DNA of 64,000 bases. Origin: Nitrososphaeria archaeon (GTDB lineage Archaea; Thermoproteota; Nitrososphaeria; JACIWG01). The notes beneath the pieces were generated by a model that was not told the origin of the DNA, ran no database searches, and saw only the letters and a program-made list of their open reading frames with translations. The stretch covers positions 32,001-96,000 of the forward strand of contig JBEKIG010000011.1 in NCBI GenBank assembly GCA_050011875.1, written 5' to 3'. This document shows positions 41,671 through 50,380 of the stretch, in pieces. Position 1 is the stretch's first letter; each line of letters starts with the position of its first letter. Position numbers and translations under genes: made by a program.

Positions 41671-42057
41671 TTATTTTGATTCGACGGTAAATCCGATCTT
41701 CTCTAGTGCTTTGATCGCAGAAGGTAGATCTTTCTTCTTTGACGAGTATATGATCCGTAGAGTAGGCGGAAAGTGTAAAGATACTGATATTTTGGTCCGC
41801 TAGAGCTTTGGAAATTCTTGCCAGGATTCTGACCAATTCAAAAGGCAATGTCATGTCAAATGATATTATCACATAATTTCTTTTCATCTCTATTACATCC
41901 TCTATGTTAACCTTGGACTGTTCTATAATAACTGTGATTTCATTTCTATCTTTTATGATGGCAAAAGCCTCTCGGAGAATTCTCTTCGACTTTGATAGCA
42001 AACTTCTCCTTCCAAAAGTAGATTCTACCATTCTCAAGATAATTTTCTTCTACTACA
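41671..42057 (-). pseudogene. ACT-domain (CASTOR/ACT_7-like) gene with two frameshifts
   Basis: Three frames stitch to NYLENGRIYFWKEKFAI / KSKRILREAFAIIKDRNEITVI..ISKALADQNISIFTLSAYSTDHILVKE / KDLPSAIKALEKIGFTVESK*. Confidence 0.75.
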
Positions 42058-42147
42058 CTGTAAAGATTGTATTTTATGTTATAATATCTAAGTCCTATTT
42101 TTAGAACGTTGAACTAAACCTATATAAATGACGTAGCTGTAATTCAA

Positions 42148-42606
42148 ATGATTTTTATGTCTACACTAAAGGTAGGTTCCAAGTTGCCTGAATTGGAAGG
42201 TGTTGACCAGAACGGTAACAAGGTTAACTTTAAGGATCTATACGGGAAACCCACTGTAATCTACTTCTATCCTATGGATAACACGCCAGGATGCACAAAG
42301 GAGGCTTGCTCGTTCAGAGACAACAAGAGAATGTTTGAGGGAATAAACGTCATTGGCGTAAGCGTTCAGAGCGCTGAATCTCATCAAAGGTTTTTCATAA
42401 AATATTCTCTGAACTTCACTCTTGTAGCTGATAGTGATAAGAAGATATCTAAAGCTTTCGGTGTCCTCAAGCTTACCGGACTTGACAGCAGGGTTACATT
42501 CATCTTTGATAAAGACGGTGTACTAAAATATGTCTATGATAAGGTTGATCCTGAAGGTCATGCTGAGGAAGTTCTTGTAAAGATAAAGGAACTCGGCCTT
42601 ATCTAA
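42148..42606 (+). CDS. bcp: Peroxiredoxin BCP/PrxQ
   Basis: YFYPMDNTPGCTKEACSFRD, RVTFIFD. Confidence 0.93.
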   Translation: MIFMSTLKVGSKLPELEGVDQNGNKVNFKDLYGKPTVIYFYPMDNTPGCTKEACSFRDNKRMFEGINVIGVSVQSAESHQRFFIKYSLNFTLVADSDKKISKAFGVLKLTGLDSRVTFIFDKDGVLKYVYDKVDPEGHAEEVLVKIKELGLI

Positions 42607-42741
42607 TAACTTTTATGTGAAATAAAAAGTCTAGAACCTTCGAAATAATTAACTATGCTTCTAATGAATTTGTTGATATTCTATCGAAATGCGATATGTA
42701 TAAATTTATGTAACCATTTTATTTAGACATAAGTTTAATAG

Positions 42742-43158
42742 ATGGTGAAACGCCTTTCTGTCATTGATTCTAATAGATGTACGGGTTGTCAGAGCTGTAT
42801 GTTCGCATGTTCTAGAAGGTTTGGTTCTGGAGGACTAGCTAATGCTGCAATACATGTCAAATCAGTTGGTGGCATGGAAAATGGTTTTGTGGTTGTTGTC
42901 TGTAGGGCTTGTCCTAGTCCTCCATGTGCTAAGGTTTGTCCTGTTGACGCATTATCTGTGAGAACTGGTGGAGGTGTTAGGTTGGACAATTCAAAATGCA
43001 TAGGTTGTGGCCTTTGCGCAAAATCCTGTCCATATAGTGCAATATTATGGAATGAGGAAGAAAATAAGCCCATAATATGCGTGTATTGTGGATACTGTGC
43101 CAACTATTGCCCTCATGACGTTATAGCCCTTGAAGAGTTGGAGGCAAAGACGCTATGA
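42742..43158 (+). CDS. 4Fe-4S dicluster/polyferredoxin subunit partnered with AOR
   Basis: CTGCQSCMFAC, CRAC..PPCAKVCP, CIGCGLCAKSCP, CVYCGYCANYCP; ATGA overlap with the AOR gene. Confidence 0.93.
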   Translation: MVKRLSVIDSNRCTGCQSCMFACSRRFGSGGLANAAIHVKSVGGMENGFVVVVCRACPSPPCAKVCPVDALSVRTGGGVRLDNSKCIGCGLCAKSCPYSAILWNEEENKPIICVYCGYCANYCPHDVIALEELEAKTL

Positions 43159-44915
43159 TCGAAAAAAATTCCCTTAACAATATCTTATATCTGGATCTTA
43201 CTAGGAAGCGCTTCTGGGTCGACGAGCGAAGGGATCTTTTCGAAGAATATCTGGGCGGTATAGGTGTGGCTTCAAAGCTTCTCATCGGAGAATGCGCCCA
43301 AGGGGTTGACCCGCTTTCTCCAGAAAATGTCATAGTGTTTGCTGTAGGTCCCCTTAATGGTTTGTTCCCTCTCGCATCGAAGACTGTCAGCTGCTTTAAG
43401 TCTCCTCTTACAAAAAATTATGGAGAAAGTCATGCTGGAGGAAGAAGCTCCATAGCCATCAGACTAGCGGGCTATGGTGCTATTGTGATAAAAGGTGCAA
43501 GCGACTATCCTGTCTACATATCTATTCATGGAAAGAATGTGAGCTTCAGGGACGCTTCAGCGTTATGGGGTGTTAGAAGTAGCATAACTGTTGGGAGAGT
43601 TCTAAGGAATGTGGAAGAGGGGGCGGGTATACGCACGATTATGCGAATAGGTGGAGCTGGAGAAAATCTTGTATCCTATGCTTCTGTTAATACCGAAACC
43701 TATCGCCATTTTGGGCGACTAGGTTTAGGAGCTGTTTTTGGTAGCAAGAAGTTGAAGGCGCTCGTGATTTCCGGGAAGACTACGGTTCCTGTGTCTGACA
43801 AGAGACTTTACAGGGAAGTCTATGATAAGATTTATGACGCTGCAACAAAGTCTCCTGTTATGAAAAAGTATCATGATTTAGGAACTGCCTCGAATATTAA
43901 TCCATTAAATGTTATGAAGGCTCTGCCAACAAAAAATCTTAAGGAATCTTACTTTGATTCTGCTGAAAAAATTTCTGGAGAATATTTGGCCGAAAAATAT
44001 CTTGGGCGTCGCACTGCTTGTGCACACTGTCCTGTTGCATGTATACACCTTGCTGCCTTAAGGGAGCCTTATACTAATGAACCGTACTTCTATAAGACAA
44101 CCATGACATCATATGATTACGAACTTCTTTATTCACTTGGTTCTATGTTAGGTGTTGACGATACAGAGGCTGTCCTCAAGCTCATTAATGAAGTTGAAAT
44201 ATGGGGGCTTGATGCAATGATGGTTGGGACTGTTCTTTCTTGGATAACCGAAGCCTTCGAAATAGGAATCATCAACGAAGATCAGACGATGGGACTTAAG
44301 GTAAAATGGGGTGTCTATGACGAATATGCTAAGGCAATAAGGTACATCGTCACACAGCCAAACGACTTCTACAAGATTGCTGCAAAGGGTCTACAGAGTC
44401 TAGTAGAACAATATGGTGGAGATAGTTTTGCTTTGACTTACGGTGGAAATGGAATGCCAGGATACCATACTGGGCCAGCTGCACACCTAACGTACATTAC
44501 TGGTGCCAGACATAGTCATCTTGACAGTGCAGGTTACAGTCTAGACCAAGAAGGCTTGAAGAAAGGCCTGCCTTCAGTCAAAGAACTGGCTACAAATCTG
44601 TATCTTGAAGAATCCTGGAGACAGATCTTATCAAGTCTTGTTGTTTGCTTTTTTTCACGAGGACTTTACACTCCTCAACTGGTTTCGGAAGCCCTAAAGG
44701 TTGCAGGATCAAGCCTTTCTGAAGAGGACCTAAACAAGCTCGGCAAGAAGATCCTCGGGAACAAGAACCGTTTCAAGGAACAAGAGGGCTTTAACATGTT
44801 AGCCTTAAAGTTTCCGAGAAGGATATTTGATCTACCAACACCAAACGGTATACTAGATGAAAAGCAACTCGAAGAAGCCGTAGCACTATATTACTCCCTC
44901 CTTTATAGTACGTGA
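43155..44915 (+). CDS. aor: Aldehyde:ferredoxin oxidoreductase family (tungstopterin) protein
   Basis: YLGGIG, KSPLT..GESHAGG, GRLGLGAVFGSKKLKA, CAHCPVAC, DYE, GLD. Confidence 0.9.
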   Translation: MIEKNSLNNILYLDLTRKRFWVDERRDLFEEYLGGIGVASKLLIGECAQGVDPLSPENVIVFAVGPLNGLFPLASKTVSCFKSPLTKNYGESHAGGRSSIAIRLAGYGAIVIKGASDYPVYISIHGKNVSFRDASALWGVRSSITVGRVLRNVEEGAGIRTIMRIGGAGENLVSYASVNTETYRHFGRLGLGAVFGSKKLKALVISGKTTVPVSDKRLYREVYDKIYDAATKSPVMKKYHDLGTASNINPLNVMKALPTKNLKESYFDSAEKISGEYLAEKYLGRRTACAHCPVACIHLAALREPYTNEPYFYKTTMTSYDYELLYSLGSMLGVDDTEAVLKLINEVEIWGLDAMMVGTVLSWITEAFEIGIINEDQTMGLKVKWGVYDEYAKAIRYIVTQPNDFYKIAAKGLQSLVEQYGGDSFALTYGGNGMPGYHTGPAAHLTYITGARHSHLDSAGYSLDQEGLKKGLPSVKELATNLYLEESWRQILSSLVVCFFSRGLYTPQLVSEALKVAGSSLSEEDLNKLGKKILGNKNRFKEQEGFNMLALKFPRRIFDLPTPNGILDEKQLEEAVALYYSLLYST

Positions 44916-45080
44916 ACCTTTAGACTATTAAGCAGCATCAGACGGTATATTTAGCATCCTTTGATAGAATAGTCGTGTTGCTGAAAGCATTATGTGGATG
45001 TAATTACGTACTACGAAGGAAGAAATATGTAAATTAGGATCTTAAATATATGTTGTTATTAACTAATATTGGTTAAGTGA

Positions 45081-45552
45081 GTGTCAACCATTTCAAACAG
45101 GCCAACGACCGCCTTTATTCTCTCTCTCTCTCTCTCATAGGTGGTATTTTTGTTCTACTTTAGGTCTAGTCATGGCTGTAATCGGAGCTGCTGTGTCTTT
45201 CTTTATAGGAGGCATTGGAGGAGTTTTCGGCTTATGGGGTGTAGTTTGTGGAATCATAATGATTGTAGGTGGTACTATGATGAATGGCCATCCAGATCAG
45301 CATAATATGTGGGGTACAATTGTGTTGGTTTTCCCCATTCTCAGCCTTGCAGGAGGAGGACTCATAATAGGTTTTATCCTAGGTCTAATCGGAGGTGCTT
45401 TAAGTATAGCTTGGAGACCACAAATGGTTGAACCCCCGCAAAGGTTTACGCCCACCCAAACCACGAATCTTCGTATATGCACTAACTGCGGGAACGCTGT
45501 CGAAACGAATGCGCGTTTTTGCCCTTCCTGTTGTAAAGAATTGCATGCATAA
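45081..45552 (+). pseudogene. DUF6114-like membrane protein with C-terminal zinc ribbon; N-terminus disrupted by (TC)9 expansion and a second 1-nt shift
   Basis: GTG 45081 frame SNRPTTAFILSL stops at 45138. IGGIFVLL lies in another frame. The tracked ORF from 45172 carries GGGLIIGFILGLIGGAL and CTNC..CPSC. Confidence 0.7.
45119..45136. repeat. Dinucleotide microsatellite (TC)9
   Basis: tctctctctctctctctc read directly. Confidence 0.95.
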
Positions 45553-45647
45553 TCCTCGATTAAAAGGTATCGCGATCTGTCAGTTTGTGGCATAAAGAAA
45601 CAAAATTCAAGTTAAACGTGCTTATATATCAAAAAGTTAAATAGCGA

Positions 45648-46430
45648 ATGCGTGATGATATGCTACAATTTGATGCATTCATTTCTTCTTTCGGACTTTA
45701 TAGTCTATTAAGGCTGATGGATGTCTGGTCAACCAAACTTTGCGTTGCTCGACTTGATCCTGAACTCCATGAAGTTAATCCGATTGCAGCACCATTGATC
45801 AAAAAAATCGGTTTTAATAAAACTATGATCTTAACCTGGATACCGTTTGCTTTAGTCATAGGATTTGTCGATGCATTTTTTCTTTACCCAGTGCTTGGAA
45901 TCATAGTATTATGGCTTCTCTTTGGTTTATTCCATCTGATAGCCGCTGCAAACAATCTGCAAATCTACTATCAGGTTAAAATCTTTGGTCAAGAAGCAAT
46001 AGAAGAAAGTATGAGACGAGTGATAGCTTTGTTGAAACCACTGTCAGCTTATCAGAAGTTAATCTTCGTAATAAAGACGAATTTTCTAAATCTTTTCCTT
46101 GCTATTTACGGAATTACAACTCTAGTTTTATTTTCGTTTTTAATTCCTTCACTGAGCATTCTTATCAGAACCCCTATTCCTGCATTGTTATTATTTGCTC
46201 CTCCCATAATGGTGCTGGATCTTATCATATTTTTTCCTACGTTAGTATTTGGTTCCCTAATTATTTCTATGCGAAGGGTTAGAAAAATCAAAGAACAGGT
46301 CACAACTAAAAAAGAAGATAATAGTATAACAATTCCATTAGAATTCGCAGAACAAAAAATTCAAGAAGCCAGAGAAAAAGGGGCTAATTATGTCCAGCTT
46401 CCTGTTCCTAGTGAGTTAAGGACAAGTTAA
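45648..46430 (+). CDS. Hypothetical multi-pass membrane protein (DUF5658-like D..ST....E.NP motif)
   Basis: MDVWSTKL...HEVNPIA and five hydrophobic segments. Confidence 0.6.
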   Translation: MRDDMLQFDAFISSFGLYSLLRLMDVWSTKLCVARLDPELHEVNPIAAPLIKKIGFNKTMILTWIPFALVIGFVDAFFLYPVLGIIVLWLLFGLFHLIAAANNLQIYYQVKIFGQEAIEESMRRVIALLKPLSAYQKLIFVIKTNFLNLFLAIYGITTLVLFSFLIPSLSILIRTPIPALLLFAPPIMVLDLIIFFPTLVFGSLIISMRRVRKIKEQVTTKKEDNSITIPLEFAEQKIQEAREKGANYVQLPVPSELRTS

Positions 46431-46682
46431 GAAAAGAACATCTTATCATCAATCATAACATTGGAAACTACATCCCTTTTCCCAATTAGTCCTCTTTTTC
46501 TTCGACTACTCCTTCAGCTCTAATTTTCTTAGTTAGCGGACCATTGTCCTTACCCGTCCCAGAAGGAATAAGAGCTAAACCTCTCTTGGATAGTTATCCT
46601 TGTTCTGCTCACACGCCAATAATCCCAAATGCGCCTATTACATCAATTTAATCCCCCTTAAGGTTTATCAGAACCTAGAATA

Positions 46683-46698
46683 GAAAAGGATAATTAAT
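46683..46698 (+). promoter_or_regulatory. Putative BRE/TATA promoter of tRNA-Lys
   Basis: GAAAAGGA followed by TAATTAAT about 25-30 nt upstream of the tRNA 5' end. Confidence 0.5.
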
Positions 46699-46722
46699 GG
46701 ACATTTCAGCACTTTAACTATA

Positions 46723-46796
46723 GGGCCTGTAGCTCAGCCAGGTAGAGCATCGGACTTTTAATCCGAGGGTCGAGGGTCCGAATCCCCCCAGGCCCG
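46723..46796 (+). tRNA. tRNA-Lys (anticodon UUU), intronless, CCA not encoded
   Basis: Cloverleaf GGGCCTG/CAGGCCC, D-stem GCTC/GAGC, anticodon arm TCGGA-CTTTTAA-TCCGA, T-arm GAGGG-TCCGAAT-CCCCC, discriminator G. Confidence 0.93.
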
Positions 46797-46989
46797 CCTT
46801 AATTATTAAGACTTTTATATCGGGATTTGGTATCAAACATGAGAACGAAATAATAGAATGGGTTAAGTCCATAGAAGTTGGACGTGATTGGACTTCATTG
46901 AGACAGGAACAGAATTTGATAGTAAAGAACCCAACAAAGAAGACTAAAGTTAAATTAAACTGTTTAAAAATTTGTAATTTAACACCAAT

Positions 46990-47175
46990 ATGTTCGGGAA
47001 ATTGTTTAATAAATTACCCATGCTCTTAGGTTTGGTGTCTAAATTGTCGAACAGAGAAAAGATAATTTTCGGAAGTGCGATCGCCATTGGTCTAGCGATC
47101 AGTGAAGTATTAGTATACAGAAGGTTAAAAGTAAACAAGAAAGAATGGACTGAAGAGACGATACCCCTCGACTAA
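46990..47175 (+). CDS. Small hypothetical single-TM protein
   Basis: 61 aa with a central hydrophobic stretch followed by basic residues. Confidence 0.4.
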   Translation: MFGKLFNKLPMLLGLVSKLSNREKIIFGSAIAIGLAISEVLVYRRLKVNKKEWTEETIPLD

Positions 47176-47336
47176 AGAGAAATTAACCTACAGCTAAAGA
47201 CCACCCTCCCCTTATTTTTATATTTGACTGATTCAGAGAAACAGTATTTGCATATCATATTTGGGCTATATTTTGGACATATGATAAACTTTAAAAAAGG
47301 CTCAAAGTATGGAATAATTGGAGTGACAAAGATATA

Positions 47337-47786
47337 ATGACACTCGAAGAAAAAAGAAAGAGATTAAGTTTTAGTACAGTTCGAGAGAATTGGAATGAAT
47401 ATAAACTAATTGATACAGGTTCCCTTTTAAATATTAAGGTCGTGTTAAAAGAAGTTGTTGATATTGGACAAAAAGATAAACAAGTTCTTGATTTTAAGAC
47501 AGAAGTAGAATCATTTAAAGAACCTCTCCCTGATGATAAAGGAGAACCATCAAAAGATGGTGAACCATCATTTATCCCAATGGCTAAAGATGAGCTAGAG
47601 TCCTTAAATTTTGAACGTATTAGTGAACCTTTGAACATATATGACATCCCAAATAAATTCTTGTTTTTACTTAAACCAGTATTGGATAAGGTTGAAAAAA
47701 GTAATAAATTTGATAAGGAAGGAAATAGAATCTACCTTTATGACGTCAAATGCGCTCCCATTATAGTAGAATATCCCAAAGATTAA
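47337..47786 (+). CDS. Hypothetical protein with internal two-fold repeat
   Basis: LSFSTVRENWNEYKL..LLNIKVVL versus LNFERISEPLNIYDI..LFLLKPVL; GGAGTGA RBS. Confidence 0.6.
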   Translation: MTLEEKRKRLSFSTVRENWNEYKLIDTGSLLNIKVVLKEVVDIGQKDKQVLDFKTEVESFKEPLPDDKGEPSKDGEPSFIPMAKDELESLNFERISEPLNIYDIPNKFLFLLKPVLDKVEKSNKFDKEGNRIYLYDVKCAPIIVEYPKD

Positions 47787-48135
47787 AAATCTGTAATTTC
47801 CAAGCCATCGTGTAACAGAGTTAATAGAACTTGTCAATAGGGACTAATTTTGCATATTTGAGTCAGCATCTGATCATAGATTGTTTAGGTATTCCACAAT
47901 GAGTTTTATAATCTTTAGAGTCAGGCCCGCCTATAATTAAGTGGGAATATTTTATTTATCAGATATTTGGGTAAGTTGATAGCTAAAAATTGTGGATTAA
48001 AACTTTCTGAAGGCGTGCAAATGTCGGAAGTAATACATTTCATCATCTGGCATAAAAGGTTCAATGTTAGAGAAAAAGAAGTTACTGTTTGTTATATAAA
48101 CGCTTTATTGATTATACTTCCTTATTTTTACCATA

Positions 48136-49344
48136 TTATTCTCTGATATTAAGTGTCTTAAGGGCTATTGCTTTTAATTCTTCATCAGTGAGGGACCTTT
48201 TCTTCTCCTCTCCCGTTTCCTTGACGATGTTAAGTATCTGCATCAACTGTGTCTTATCCACTTCTATCTTCATCTCATTTAGCTTATCCCATATGGCATG
48301 TTTCCCTGAATGTTTCCCTACAACAATTCTCCTGCTTGCCCCAATCTCATTGGGGGGAAAGGATTCATAGGTATAGGAGAACTTTAGGACGCCGTCCACG
48401 TGGATTCCGGATTCATGAGTAAACATGTGGCCTCCCACGATGCTCCTGTTCACGGGCACAGGTATCCCTGATGCCTTCTCTACGAATTGTGAAATTTCAA
48501 TGATCCTGCTAGTCTTGAATGTGCTGGGTTGACGATATAGCTTGACTAGGCTCATGATGACCGATTCCAGAGATGAGTTTCCAGCCCTCTCACCGAGGCC
48601 GTTGACGGTTGTTGAGACGTACTCTGATCCAGCTTCACAGGAAGCCAGCGCGTTGGCTACAGCCAATCCATAGTCGTCATGAGCATGAATCTCCACAGGC
48701 ATATCCACTTCTTTCAGTAACCTCGATGTCAGATAGAATGATGCTGCTGGTATGAGCACACCTACTGTGTCACAGATCCTCAACCTGTCTGCCCCTGCCT
48801 CCTTTCCCTTTAGGGCGAACTCTTTTAGAAAGTTGAAGTCTGTCCTCGTTGCATCCTCTGCGTTGAGGGAGACATAGAGGCCGTGGGCTTTGGCATACTC
48901 CACCATACTGACAGCACGCTCAACCACCTGTTCCTGATCCATCTTCAACTTGTGTCTTAAGTGAATATCTGATGTGGCTATGGATATGGCTACCGCATCG
49001 GCATCGGTCTTGATCACCGATTCTACATCCTCCTTAACAGCCCTAGCCCAGCCCATCACGCTTGCCTTAAATCCCTGTTTGGCGATCAAATTGACAGCTT
49101 TGGTTTCATGCGGAGACATAGCTGGTGTACCGGCCTCAATCTGTTGCACACCAATATCGTCAAGAAGCTTGGCAATCTCCAGCTTTTCCTCGATGGTGAA
49201 GACAACCCCTGGCGTTTGCTCACCATCCCTCAAAGTTGTATCATTAATCTTTACACCCTTAAACCTAAACTGCTTTACCACATCATCCTCAAAATTATAA
49301 GGACTTACAAACATCCCATTATCCGAGTGAATCGGCGCTGCCAT
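48136..49344 (-). CDS. Homocitrate synthase family (AksA/NifV-like, DRE-TIM metallolyase)
   Basis: VSPYN, DTTLRDGEQ, EDATR, HAHDDYG, GLGERAGN, HESGIHVDG, GKHSG; no LeuA regulatory domain. Confidence 0.85.
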   Translation of the reverse strand: MAAPIHSDNGMFVSPYNFEDDVVKQFRFKGVKINDTTLRDGEQTPGVVFTIEEKLEIAKLLDDIGVQQIEAGTPAMSPHETKAVNLIAKQGFKASVMGWARAVKEDVESVIKTDADAVAISIATSDIHLRHKLKMDQEQVVERAVSMVEYAKAHGLYVSLNAEDATRTDFNFLKEFALKGKEAGADRLRICDTVGVLIPAASFYLTSRLLKEVDMPVEIHAHDDYGLAVANALASCEAGSEYVSTTVNGLGERAGNSSLESVIMSLVKLYRQPSTFKTSRIIEISQFVEKASGIPVPVNRSIVGGHMFTHESGIHVDGVLKFSYTYESFPPNEIGASRRIVVGKHSGKHAIWDKLNEMKIEVDKTQLMQILNIVKETGEEKKRSLTDEELKAIALKTLNIRE

Positions 49345-49473
49345 TTTACCACCATTGTCACATTCGAAAAGGACACTACTTTATAATCATTTAAGTGATC
49401 AATCTTCAAACATCAGCTGACGCCTCTGCAGCAAACTGCTAAGTTGACTAGTTGTTTTTATTGAATCGAGGAG

Positions 49474-49893
49474 CTATGGGCAGCACTTGCCTTTTGGAAT
49501 AAGGCTACCATGGGGGCAGTACCTCGGATGCTTGAGTAACGTGCATAAGGCGTTTGTGAAATCCTCATCCATGTGGTGTTCCATACCGCAAACGGTCTGC
49601 TCCTGGATTTCGGTCTTAAGCGTTTTCTTCATCAAGACTTCGATCAACCTATGAGCTCGAATAATCCTCCTCCCTATTTCCCTCCCCTTGTCGGTGAGTT
49701 CAATTCCATGTCGGACTTCGTATATCACTAAACCTTCCTTCTCTAGTTTCTTCAGCATCTCCACGGCGCTAGGAGCTGATATGCCCAAATGCCCCGCAAC
49801 CCACTTTATATGCGCTAGTCGTTCTCCAGTTTCCTCGGATACCCAGAGCGCCTCCATGTACTCCTCCATGCTCTCAGAAACAGAAACGCTCAT
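49474..49893 (-). CDS. DtxR/MntR family metal-dependent transcriptional regulator
   Basis: EEYMEAL, SAPSAVEMLKKL, HRLIE, CGMEHH, CPHG..IP. Confidence 0.92.
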   Translation of the reverse strand: MSVSVSESMEEYMEALWVSEETGERLAHIKWVAGHLGISAPSAVEMLKKLEKEGLVIYEVRHGIELTDKGREIGRRIIRAHRLIEVLMKKTLKTEIQEQTVCGMEHHMDEDFTNALCTLLKHPRYCPHGSLIPKGKCCP

Positions 49894-49905
49894 AAACCCA
49901 TCATC

Positions 49906-50055
49906 TCAACGTGCAGAAGGGTAAGTCTCTGGCCTCGGCATTGATTGAGGCATTGGCTTCGATGGTGAAGGTATAACTCTAAGGTCTTGGCAACAATAAG
50001 GACAGAACCCTACGTCAGCCTGTATTTCTTTGCCACATTTTGGACAAAAAGGCAT
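49906..50055 (-). pseudogene. Zinc-ribbon protein N-terminal fragment with 1-nt deletion
   Basis: Restoring one A gives MPFCPKCGKEIQADVGFCPYCCQDLRVIPSPSKPMPQSMPRPETYPSAR*. Confidence 0.6.
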
Positions 50056-50327
50056 AATATTAATGATTCTGATTGACTTTATTAACTTTTAGCACAATCT
50101 TTGAATTCAAAATCTCTAATGTGGTGGTACTTAAAAGATAAATAAAATAGTATTGATTTATAATGTTTTAAAGTGTCACTTCCAACATGTCTTCAATTAT
50201 TCTAACCCCTTTGATTTTATTATGAATAATGTAATAGATAACAGTTTCAATTTTCGCTAAAGATGACAAGCTACGTCAATGGGGGAAATGTGTTTTTTGA
50301 TGGGGTAAGTTGCAGAGTTGTCGGGAG

Positions 50328-50350
50328 CGTTATGTTTTTATAGCATAACG
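50328..50350. promoter_or_regulatory. Palindromic operator CGTTATG-N9-CATAACG (ModE-box-like) upstream of the Mo/W operon
   Basis: Perfect 7-bp inverted repeat 30 nt before the ATG at 50381. The half-sites resemble the CGTTAT/ATAACG core of ModE boxes. Confidence 0.65.
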
Positions 50351-50380
50351 TTATCGCAAAGAGGCTAAGGTGAATCCTAA

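Larger units (their letters stand above)
46789..47932. mobile_element. Small tRNA-anchored genomic islet remnant bounded by att-like direct repeats
   Basis: CAGGCCCGCCT at 46789-46799 (tRNA 3' end) is repeated at 47922-47932, each copy followed by a similar AT tract ending TTAAG. The interior is AT-rich and has no integrase. Confidence 0.55.

Noticed and set aside
46440-46660. Possible decayed ORF on the minus strand upstream of the tRNA
   Set aside because: Multiple stops and no identifiable homology.
48136-49344. Homocitrate synthase as evidence of nitrogen fixation or methanogenesis
   Set aside because: No nif, mcr or aksDEF genes in the window, and the family has several roles.
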